A DNA stretch of 64,000 nucleotides from Acidobacteriota bacterium. Lineage in GTDB: Bacteria > Acidobacteriota > Thermoanaerobaculia > Multivoradales > UBA5704. Position 1 is the first letter of the stretch; each line of letters opens with the position of its first letter. The notes below the pieces were generated by a model that ran no database searches, was not told the DNA's origin, and saw nothing but the letters and a program-made list of their open reading frames with translations. Positions 56,907 to 64,000 of this stretch are shown here, one piece after another. Location of the stretch: the NCBI GenBank assembly GCA_040005235.1, contig JBDTZG010000001.1, forward strand, positions 192,001 through 256,000. The letters are read 5' to 3'. Made by a program: the position numbers and the translations under genes.

Positions 56907-57755
56907 ATGAGCGACGCAATCCAAAGCAGTCCTGAGACGACAGGTAGCCCCTATTTGCCGCTGCTTCTGGCCGGGCTACTTCTTTGCGGAGTGCTCCTGC
57001 CGTTATCCGTCACCACCGCGAGCGCCGCCGGGCTGGACTGGAACACGGCGGCATGGACGCCAAACGGCACCCTGGGGCCGAAGACGTTCGTGTTGAGCAA
57101 CGGCATCAGCGTCACGATCACGGTGATTCAGCCGGGAGGAACCACGGGGATCTTTTCGAATGGCACTCCGTCAGAGGACTGTGACACTACGATGTCGATA
57201 CCGCCGGGTCAGTGCCCCAACAACAACTTCGGCACCGCCCACGACCTGGGGATCGAGTTCAATCCCGCCGCTGGAACTCCCCCGGTCACCTCGCCGATTC
57301 TCATCCAGATGGATTTTTCCCCGGCGATCAATGCCTTGAACTTCGACATCTCCGACATCGACTATTCGCTCGGCTCGACGCTCGGCGTCGACTTCCGGCG
57401 GGACCAGGTCGTGCTCTCGAGCGTACCTGCGGCAACCCCCACGCTCACGTTCAAGAACCCGATGCTGGCGACCCACACGTTCAGCATCAACAACGCTACG
57501 TCTACGGCGACCGCCAACTGTAACCCCCCCGCAAGTCCAGGCGTCGAGGACTGCAACAGTTCGCTGGACACGGCCAATCCCAACACGGACACCGGGACGC
57601 TCAATATCAATTACCCCTTCCCCCAGGCCCTGACGCGGGTGACCATCACCTACAACGAAGCCGGGAGTGGGAGCAACCCGTCGAGCCGCGGCATTGGATT
57701 GCTGGCCAACCTCGTGGAGACTCCAGTCGAGCTCACCAAATTCACGATCGAGTGA
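56907..57755 (+). CDS. Secreted Thr/Pro/Asn-rich beta protein ending in TPVELTKFTIE
   Basis: AAGGAG RBS, signal peptide ending ASA, two Cys pairs, terminal PVEL motif. Confidence 0.82.
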   Translation: MSDAIQSSPETTGSPYLPLLLAGLLLCGVLLPLSVTTASAAGLDWNTAAWTPNGTLGPKTFVLSNGISVTITVIQPGGTTGIFSNGTPSEDCDTTMSIPPGQCPNNNFGTAHDLGIEFNPAAGTPPVTSPILIQMDFSPAINALNFDISDIDYSLGSTLGVDFRRDQVVLSSVPAATPTLTFKNPMLATHTFSINNATSTATANCNPPASPGVEDCNSSLDTANPNTDTGTLNINYPFPQALTRVTITYNEAGSGSNPSSRGIGLLANLVETPVELTKFTIE

Positions 57756-57782
57756 CCTCTCCCCGCGCCGCGTGGAAAGGGC

Positions 57783-60437
57783 GTGGAACAGAAAGCTGGA
57801 TCGGTCATGTGGATTAGGCTCGCGGCCGCTTTCATGGCGCTTCTCGCGCCGGCCGCTGCGACCGCAGCGGTCGCGCGACCGACGTTCAAGATCGCTGTCG
57901 AAGAGACGGCTGCCTATCGCGTGCGCTTCGAGGATCTCGCATCGGCGGGGCTCGGCAGAAGGCTGCCCAGTGGGGGCTTGGTTCTCACCTGCGCCGGTTT
58001 GCCGGTGCCCCTCTGGGTGGAGGACGGCGGCGACGGAACCTTCGGCCCCGGGGACCACCTGGAGTTTCTCGGCCGACGCCTGGCCGGAGAGGTCTCCACC
58101 CTCAACGAGGACACCCGCGAGAACGTCTACGTGCTGCGTACCGACGCGACCCATCCGGCGCGCGGCAGCATCGCCGCCCCTCCTGCCTCCGGTCCCCCGC
58201 TCGCACTCTTCACGGCGCGCCACCTAGAGCAGGACCTCTTGATCTTGCGCCTGCCGCCGCCGGTGGACGGCCGGCGCGACGAGCTGTGGTACTGGGCCAA
58301 GCTGACCCAGGATCAGGAGCCCTGGAGGCAGACCCTCGACCTACGCGATCTGGCGTCCGCTTCGGTCGGCAAGGCCGCCCTCTCGCTCCAGTTTCGCGGC
58401 TGGTCGCAGCCGCGCGAGAAGGCCGATCCTGGCGATGCCGACCATCGGGTCGAGGTCCTTCTCAACGGGGCGGTGATCGCGAGCGCGGCCTGGAACGGCA
58501 CCGACCTCTACCGGCTCGACGTTCCCGGCCTCGCGCTCGACGCCCTGGTGCCGGGAGACAACATCGTGGAGCTCAAAGTTCCGCCTCGGGCTGCGAATGC
58601 GGCCGGCACGCCGCTCGTCGACGTGGTGATGCTCGACTGGATCGAGATCTCCTATCCGCGCTCGGCGTGGATCGGCGACGAACAGGCGCGGCTCACGCTG
58701 GTCGCCGCCGGCAAACCGGGTCCGCTGCGCATCCGGAGCGATAAGAACAAGGCGGGCCAAGGGCTCCTGGTGTTCGGCGACGGAGGTTGGCGCGGCGTGG
58801 CGCGCGCCGTGGGGGATGCCACCTGGGCCGTCGATCCGCCCCCCGGCGAACGCGCCGTGATCGTCACTCCCGCAACCCGCCTCGCGGCCCCGGCCGCCAT
58901 CGTGCTCGACCGCCCGTCCCGGCTGGCCGATCCCGGCAACCGGGCCGACTACATCATTATCGCCCACTCGACGCTGATCGATGCCGTCCGGCCGCTCGCC
59001 GAGCTCCACCGGGCACGGGGGCTCCGGGTCATGGTCGTCGACGTCGAGGACGTCTATGACGAGTTCAGCCATGGCATCGCCGGCCCGCGCGCCCTGCGCT
59101 CGTTTCTCGACTTCGCCTGGCACCATTGGGCGAGGCCGGCGCCGCGGTCCGTGCTGCTGGTCGGCGACGCGAGTTGGGACGCCAAGAACGCCCACGCCGA
59201 AGACGCAAACTACCCCGATTCGATCTACCGGCCCGGGGAGTCGGAGCCCTTCGCCAAAATCCCCAGCACTCCTTATGCGGTCGAGGCCGGTCTCAACCAC
59301 CGCAATCTGATCCCCACCTGGATCCACACCACCCGGGACGGGCATTCGGCGAGCGACAACTGGTTCGTCGCGATCGACGGCGACGACGACCTTCCCGACC
59401 TGGCGATCGGCCGGTTTCCGGTCGTCGAGCCCGCGGAGGTGTCCGCGATCGTCGAGAAGATCCGGCGCTACGTCACCGCTCCCGAGCCCGGTTCGTGGCG
59501 GCGCGACGTCCTATTGGTCACCAACGACGAGCCGAGCTTCCAGGCCGGCAGCGACGGCCTCGCCCGGTGGGTTGCGACGATGGGTTACGCCACCGAGAAG
59601 ATCTATCCGGCCGCCGCGGAAGTGAGCAACGAGCGGAACACCCAAAACCTTCTGGCGGCCTTCGATCGAGGCGCGGCGATCGTTCATTTCTTTGGCCATG
59701 GCGGCCGCTACATTTGGCGCACCGGACCTCCCGACCTGGTGAAGAACCAGGACCTGTTCACGCTCGCCGACCTCGACGGGCTGCAACCGACCGGCCGGTT
59801 ACCGGTGGTCCTCAGCATGACCTGCTACTCGGCTCCGTTCGACCACCCCAACGCCGATTCGATTGGCGAGAAGCTGCTGCGGATCCCGGGCAAGGGCGCC
59901 ATCGCGGTGCTCGCCGCCTCGTGGCGCAACGCTTCTTCGGCGTCCTGGGGGCAGGCTGTGATCGCCGAGTTGACCCATCCCGGAGCGACGATCGGCGAGG
60001 CGGTGATGCGGGCCAAGTACCAGATCCAGGACCCGGATTTCGTCGCCACTTACAACCTGTTGGGCGACCCTGCCATGCCGATGGCGCTGCCGTCGGGCGC
60101 CATCGCGCTCTCCACCGCGGACCGAGAGGCTGGGCGGATCATCCACGTCGGTGGGGAGGTGAGGATCAGCCATTTTTCAGGTCGGATCGCGATCGATCTC
60201 GTTGGCGAGCGAGGCGAGATCCTCGGGAGCGCCGCGCTGGACCTTCCGACGCCCCGCTTCGTCGCCGACCTGCCCGTCTCCGAGGAGGAATTCCTGGCCG
60301 TACGCGGGGTCCGCGCCTACGCCTGGAATGCCGGCCGGGGCCTCGATGCGACGGGGGGCATCGAGTTCACCGACAACCTTGCACGGCGTGCCGCTCTCGC
60401 CACGGCGGCGGCTGTCGCAGAAGGGCCCACCCCGTGA
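57783..60437 (+). CDS. Peptidase C25 family (gingipain/PorU-like) secreted protein
   Basis: ADYIIIAH, VEDVYDEFSHG, VLLVGDA, SDNWF, PDLAIGRFP, catalytic FGHGG and SMTCYS, YNLLGDP. Signal peptide from ATG 57807. Confidence 0.92.
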   Translation: MEQKAGSVMWIRLAAAFMALLAPAAATAAVARPTFKIAVEETAAYRVRFEDLASAGLGRRLPSGGLVLTCAGLPVPLWVEDGGDGTFGPGDHLEFLGRRLAGEVSTLNEDTRENVYVLRTDATHPARGSIAAPPASGPPLALFTARHLEQDLLILRLPPPVDGRRDELWYWAKLTQDQEPWRQTLDLRDLASASVGKAALSLQFRGWSQPREKADPGDADHRVEVLLNGAVIASAAWNGTDLYRLDVPGLALDALVPGDNIVELKVPPRAANAAGTPLVDVVMLDWIEISYPRSAWIGDEQARLTLVAAGKPGPLRIRSDKNKAGQGLLVFGDGGWRGVARAVGDATWAVDPPPGERAVIVTPATRLAAPAAIVLDRPSRLADPGNRADYIIIAHSTLIDAVRPLAELHRARGLRVMVVDVEDVYDEFSHGIAGPRALRSFLDFAWHHWARPAPRSVLLVGDASWDAKNAHAEDANYPDSIYRPGESEPFAKIPSTPYAVEAGLNHRNLIPTWIHTTRDGHSASDNWFVAIDGDDDLPDLAIGRFPVVEPAEVSAIVEKIRRYVTAPEPGSWRRDVLLVTNDEPSFQAGSDGLARWVATMGYATEKIYPAAAEVSNERNTQNLLAAFDRGAAIVHFFGHGGRYIWRTGPPDLVKNQDLFTLADLDGLQPTGRLPVVLSMTCYSAPFDHPNADSIGEKLLRIPGKGAIAVLAASWRNASSASWGQAVIAELTHPGATIGEAVMRAKYQIQDPDFVATYNLLGDPAMPMALPSGAIALSTADREAGRIIHVGGEVRISHFSGRIAIDLVGERGEILGSAALDLPTPRFVADLPVSEEEFLAVRGVRAYAWNAGRGLDATGGIEFTDNLARRAALATAAAVAEGPTP

Positions 60438-60578
60438 ACTGTGTCGCACAATCCTGCCGCCGAGGTAAGGAATCCGAAAGGCTTCCGAGGGACTCGCGCC
60501 GGGGGCGTCTTCTTGGATCCGGCGGCTTGGCCGCCCCGGGCGCTGTTTGGTGATTTCCGCTAAACTGCGCGCCACGCC

Positions 60579-61424
60579 ATGATGCGCAGGGAAACCTTTC
60601 GGAATGCCGCGGAAAAACCCTGGGCGCGAATCGCGGTCCTGGCGGTCGCGTTGATCCTGGTCGCCGTTTTGCTGTACCGCCAGGTTCAACGTTTTCGCGG
60701 TGATCTCGAAGTGTGGGTCGCCGCCTCCGACCTGGCTCCCGGAGCCGAGGTCGGCAAGACGAACTTGAAGGCGCTGCGGGTCCGCGAAAGCGAGGTGCCG
60801 GGCACGGTGTTGCGCGAGCAGAGTGCGATTCTCGGCAAGCGCCTCGCGCGGGCCAAGCGCGCGGGCACCCCGTTCTTCAAGGCCGACTTCGCGCCGCCCG
60901 ACCAAGGACCGGGGCTCGCCGGCATCCTGCCCGAGGGGCGGGTGCTGGTGTTCCTGCCGCTCGCGAGTCTGCCGTTGGCCGAGCTGGTCGAGCAGCTCCG
61001 CTTCGGCGACCGGTTCGACGTGGTCGCATTCGGCGCGTTGCGCAGCGGCGGCCAGGGCGCGGTGCCGTTGGTCCATGATGCCTTCTTCGTCGGCTGGGTG
61101 GCGGAACGGCCGGCCGCCGAGGGAGCCAAGAAAGCCGACGGTCTCGGCGGCCAGATCGCCGACGCGCTCGCCAGCTCTTCCGGTCAAAAAGGTGGCGGCG
61201 CAGCCCAGTCGCCGCTGCTCCTGGCGGTCCATCCGTGGGAGGCGATGCCGCTCGCCGAGGCGCAGGCCTCGGGCGCGCCGCTCTCCCTGGTGCTTCATGG
61301 TCGCGCCGAAGTCGAAAAGGGCAAGATTCTCACCCTGCCGATGCCGCGCTTCGGCGAGGTCGAAGTGATTACCGGTGGCAAACGCGAAAAGATCACCTTG
61401 GCCGGAACTGCTCCGCCACAATGA
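60579..61424 (+). CDS. cpaB: CpaB/RcpC-like SAF-domain pilus assembly protein
   Basis: N-terminal TM, VWVAASDLAPG SAF domain, LPEGR, GDRFDVV, C-terminal VEVITG; precedes the secretin. Confidence 0.78.
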   Translation: MMRRETFRNAAEKPWARIAVLAVALILVAVLLYRQVQRFRGDLEVWVAASDLAPGAEVGKTNLKALRVRESEVPGTVLREQSAILGKRLARAKRAGTPFFKADFAPPDQGPGLAGILPEGRVLVFLPLASLPLAELVEQLRFGDRFDVVAFGALRSGGQGAVPLVHDAFFVGWVAERPAAEGAKKADGLGGQIADALASSSGQKGGGAAQSPLLLAVHPWEAMPLAEAQASGAPLSLVLHGRAEVEKGKILTLPMPRFGEVEVITGGKREKITLAGTAPPQ

Positions 61425-63235
61425 GTGTCATGAGAATGAAAACGGCGATCGTCCTGGGACTCGTGGCGCTGTGCGGCGCAGTGGCCCTCGCAGGGGGCGC
61501 ACAAGGCGCACCCGACCTTCAGACGGTCGAGAGCCGCGGCACGCTCCAAGCCATGATCGGCATCGGCCGGCTGGTCACCTTGCCGCTCGACCTCGAACGC
61601 CTGGCGCTGGCCGACGAAGGGCTCGCCCGGCTGCAGGTGGTCTCTGGGCGCGAGGTCCTGCTCACCGGCCTGCGCACCGGCAAGAGCACGCTGTTCGTTT
61701 GGCTGGCCGGGGGGCAGCGGCTGCGCTACGAGGTCGAGGTCGAGCGCGACCTGTCGTTCCTCAAGAAGGTGCTCTTAGAGCTCGATCCGAGGATCAAGGC
61801 CGAGGCGAGCGAGGACGGTTCGTCCGTGGTTCTCTCCGGCGAGACCGCCGATCGGGAGACCTCCGAGCAGGCCGAACGGATCGCGACCAACATGCTGCGG
61901 GCGGAGGGGACGGCCGCCGCGGGTGGGGGCGCCGTGCAGGTGGTGAGCTTGCTCCACGCTCCGATTTCCTCGGCGGCTCCCGACCTCTGGCTGGACGAGG
62001 CGCTCCGGGCGATTGATCCGCGGATCAGGCCGCAACGCATTCAGGTCGGTCCGGAGCCCAATCCCGAGCGCGACTCCTACATCCTCAAAGGGAGGGTCAA
62101 GAACGTCCAGGCGCTCACGCGCGCCGTGATCCTGGCCGAACGCCAGCTCGGCAACTCGGGCGTCCGCGTCTCGTCGCCGGCCGGCGGCTTGAGCTTCGAG
62201 CGCAACCAGAACTTCTCGGGCGGCGGAGCGGGCGGCGGAGCCGCCGGATCGCTCGGGGGCTCCAGCAAACTTCAAGGCGGCCTGGCCGGGCAGATCGCGC
62301 GCGGCCTCGCGATCACCAGCGAGTCGGGGCGGGTGCTGTCGATGCTCGAAGTGGACGAGCTGCCCCAGGTGATGGTCTCGATCCGCGTCCTCGAAGTCGA
62401 CCGGGCCAAGGCGAAGAAAGCGGGCGTCAACTTCCGGTTCGACGCGGATCACCTGTCGCTCGGCAGCGCCCCCGGCCCGCAAGGGCGCCCGCCGCGCCAG
62501 CTCGGCGGCACTCCCGACGTCTCTTCGGTGGCCGGAAGCCTGGTCGGCAGCTTCGTCGATCGAACGCTGTCGATCATCTCGGCGATCGATTTCCTGGAGG
62601 ATCGCGAGCTCGCCCGCTCGGTCTCCCAGCCGAACATCCTCACGCTCTCAGGGGAAGAGGCCTCGGTGCTGGTCGGCGGAGAAATTCCGATCCCGATCAC
62701 CACGCTCTCGCAGGTGAATTCGGTGCAGGGTTTTTCGTTCCAGGATTTCGGCGTCCGGCTCGACATCCGCCCGACGGTAGGCGAAGACGGGGTGATCGCG
62801 CTCGAAGTGGCGCCGAGCATCATCCGCCCTTCCCCCAGCCTCGGAGTCGGCGGCGTCCCCGGGTTCCAGGTCCAAAGCGTCCAGACCACGGCGCGCGTCT
62901 CGGCCGGCCAGAGCCTGGTGCTCGGCGGGCTGCTCAGCTTCGAAGAGGGTTTCGATGAGTCGCGCCTGCCCGGACTGGGCAAGTTCCCGTTGTTCCGCTG
63001 GCGCCGGAAAAGCCGGCAGCAGCAGGAGCTGCTGTTCGTGATCACGCCGCGCCTGGTGGCCTCGGGACCTACCCCGACCGGGCCGGTCGAGCCGGCGCGC
63101 GGCGAGAAGATCGATCTGCCGCCCCTCGATTGGCGGGATCCACAGCACGCGCCGAGTTGCGCCGAGCCGGATCCCGCGCTGGACGAGACCGGGCTGCCGC
63201 CCGCCTTCCGTCGCGATCCCCCCGAGCCGCGGTAA
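61421..63235 (+). CDS. cpaC: CpaC/RcpA-type outer-membrane secretin
   Basis: Pil_N-like N domain (LTGLRTGKSTLFVW), QVMVSIRVLEVDR, PNILTLSGEEASVLVGGEIPIP, FGVRLDIRP, GQSLVLGGL, ELLFVITPRLV. Confidence 0.92.
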   Translation: MSVMRMKTAIVLGLVALCGAVALAGGAQGAPDLQTVESRGTLQAMIGIGRLVTLPLDLERLALADEGLARLQVVSGREVLLTGLRTGKSTLFVWLAGGQRLRYEVEVERDLSFLKKVLLELDPRIKAEASEDGSSVVLSGETADRETSEQAERIATNMLRAEGTAAAGGGAVQVVSLLHAPISSAAPDLWLDEALRAIDPRIRPQRIQVGPEPNPERDSYILKGRVKNVQALTRAVILAERQLGNSGVRVSSPAGGLSFERNQNFSGGGAGGGAAGSLGGSSKLQGGLAGQIARGLAITSESGRVLSMLEVDELPQVMVSIRVLEVDRAKAKKAGVNFRFDADHLSLGSAPGPQGRPPRQLGGTPDVSSVAGSLVGSFVDRTLSIISAIDFLEDRELARSVSQPNILTLSGEEASVLVGGEIPIPITTLSQVNSVQGFSFQDFGVRLDIRPTVGEDGVIALEVAPSIIRPSPSLGVGGVPGFQVQSVQTTARVSAGQSLVLGGLLSFEEGFDESRLPGLGKFPLFRWRRKSRQQQELLFVITPRLVASGPTPTGPVEPARGEKIDLPPLDWRDPQHAPSCAEPDPALDETGLPPAFRRDPPEPR

Positions 63236-63255
63236 CCGGCACTGGGAGTCTAGAG

Positions 63256-64000
63256 ATGCCCCGGCGCATCCGCCTCCTCGCGCTGCTCCTCACCCTCCCG
63301 CTCGTTGCCTGCCGGCCGGCGGAGCGCCGGCATTTCGAACGGGGACTCAAAGCGGATCGAGCCGATCGGCGCCAAGAGGCCGAGCAGGAATATCGCGCGG
63401 CGCTGGCCGCAAACGCTGATTTCGCTCCCGCCTATCTGAAGCTCAGCCGCCTACTGGTCCGTTCCGGCCGGCTCACCGAAGTGCTCGCCGTCGCGCGAGA
63501 AGGGGTGCGGCGGTTCCCACGCGAGCCGCAGCTCCGCTCCTGGTATGGCGACGCCCTGCTCCGGCGCGGCCGTCTCCCCGAAGCCGAGCGCGAGCTGCGC
63601 CAGGCGCTCGTTCTTCCCGGGGCGGGCGCCTATCCCCTCTACACGCTTGGGCTGGTCTATCTGAAGCAGGGGCGGAACCGCGAGGCGCGCGAGCAGCTGG
63701 AGCGGGCCACGGCGCTCCAGCCGAGCGCGCCGGAAGGGTGGTATCAGCTGGCGAACGCCTGCGATCGGCTGGGCGATCCGTCGGCGCGGGAACGGTCGCT
63801 CGCCCGTTTCGCGCCGCTCTATTCGCCGCCGCCATCTTCAGCCGCCGCCAACGTTGTGGTCCCGCCCGCCAAGGCGGCAGCGGAAGCGGCAACGCGTTCC
63901 GCCGCCAAGCGCCCGAACCTGATCCTGATCTCGATCGACACGCTGCGCGCCGATCGGCTCGGCTGCTACGGCGGACCTCATCCGGCGAGCCCGGCGATCG
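63256..64000 (+). CDS. TPR lipoprotein fused to a sulfatase-family domain (3'-truncated by window edge)
   Basis: Translated by hand, no stop: MPRRIRLLALLLTLPLVAC lipobox, several TPRs, Ala/Pro linker, then RPNLILISIDTLRADRLGCYG...SPAI (sulfatase N-terminus). Not in the ORF track. Confidence 0.85.
   Translation, partial: MPRRIRLLALLLTLPLVACRPAERRHFERGLKADRADRRQEAEQEYRAALAANADFAPAYLKLSRLLVRSGRLTEVLAVAREGVRRFPREPQLRSWYGDALLRRGRLPEAERELRQALVLPGAGAYPLYTLGLVYLKQGRNREAREQLERATALQPSAPEGWYQLANACDRLGDPSARERSLARFAPLYSPPPSSAAANVVVPPAKAAAEAATRSAAKRPNLILISIDTLRADRLGCYGGPHPASPAI

Noticed and set aside
57753-57783. Stop-codon readthrough fusing the PVEL protein to C25 (same frame, single TGA)
   Set aside because: C25 has its own signal peptide, and an in-frame arrangement has a 1-in-3 chance. 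Worth revisiting only if fused homologs are found.
1-64000. tRNA, rRNA, IS/transposase, integrase or prophage genes
   Set aside because: None recognised by eye; tRNAscan-SE and ISEScan would be needed to exclude them formally.

Overview
High-GC bacterial window, probably Acidobacteriota (Thermoanaerobaculia-like); the taxonomy is inferred from protein styles I recall, not from a search. Layout: (1) 1-14020 is the 3' end of a giant NRPS (end of an E domain, four C-A-T modules read as Thr-Tyr-Gly-Gly, then TE). (2) 14.5-36 kb is a mixed envelope/accessory region: membrane glycosyltransferase-like genes, a PLD, a di-heme protein, an AAA_14/DUF4143 ATPase, a nucleotidyltransferase, a sigma54-preceded LPQTA substrate/sortase pair, a DUF3142 pair and secreted proteins with distinctive C-terminal domains. 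(3) A second AAA_14/DUF4143 ATPase, a SAM-I riboswitch-controlled hom-metX-metB operon and a VPS10/BNR protein. (4) From 45.8 kb to the right edge, an unusual Tad/Cpa locus. Between its core genes sit two non-canonical Cys-rich Flp-like pilins, a GT-C-like membrane protein, an uncharacterised enzyme-like protein, a sensorless kinase with two duplicated NarL regulators, a secreted protein ending in 'TPVELTKFTIE' and a gingipain/PorU-like C25 peptidase; a TPR-sulfatase lipoprotein follows the secretin. This locus is the best candidate for an undescribed secretion/anchoring system. Two roughly 500-bp intergenic arrays with 20-21-bp periodicity and dyad symmetry (14045-14540, 37620-38205) are not explained by any gene. 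No rRNA, tRNA, CRISPR array or transposase was seen. Several start codons were re-assigned from the ORF track by eye.
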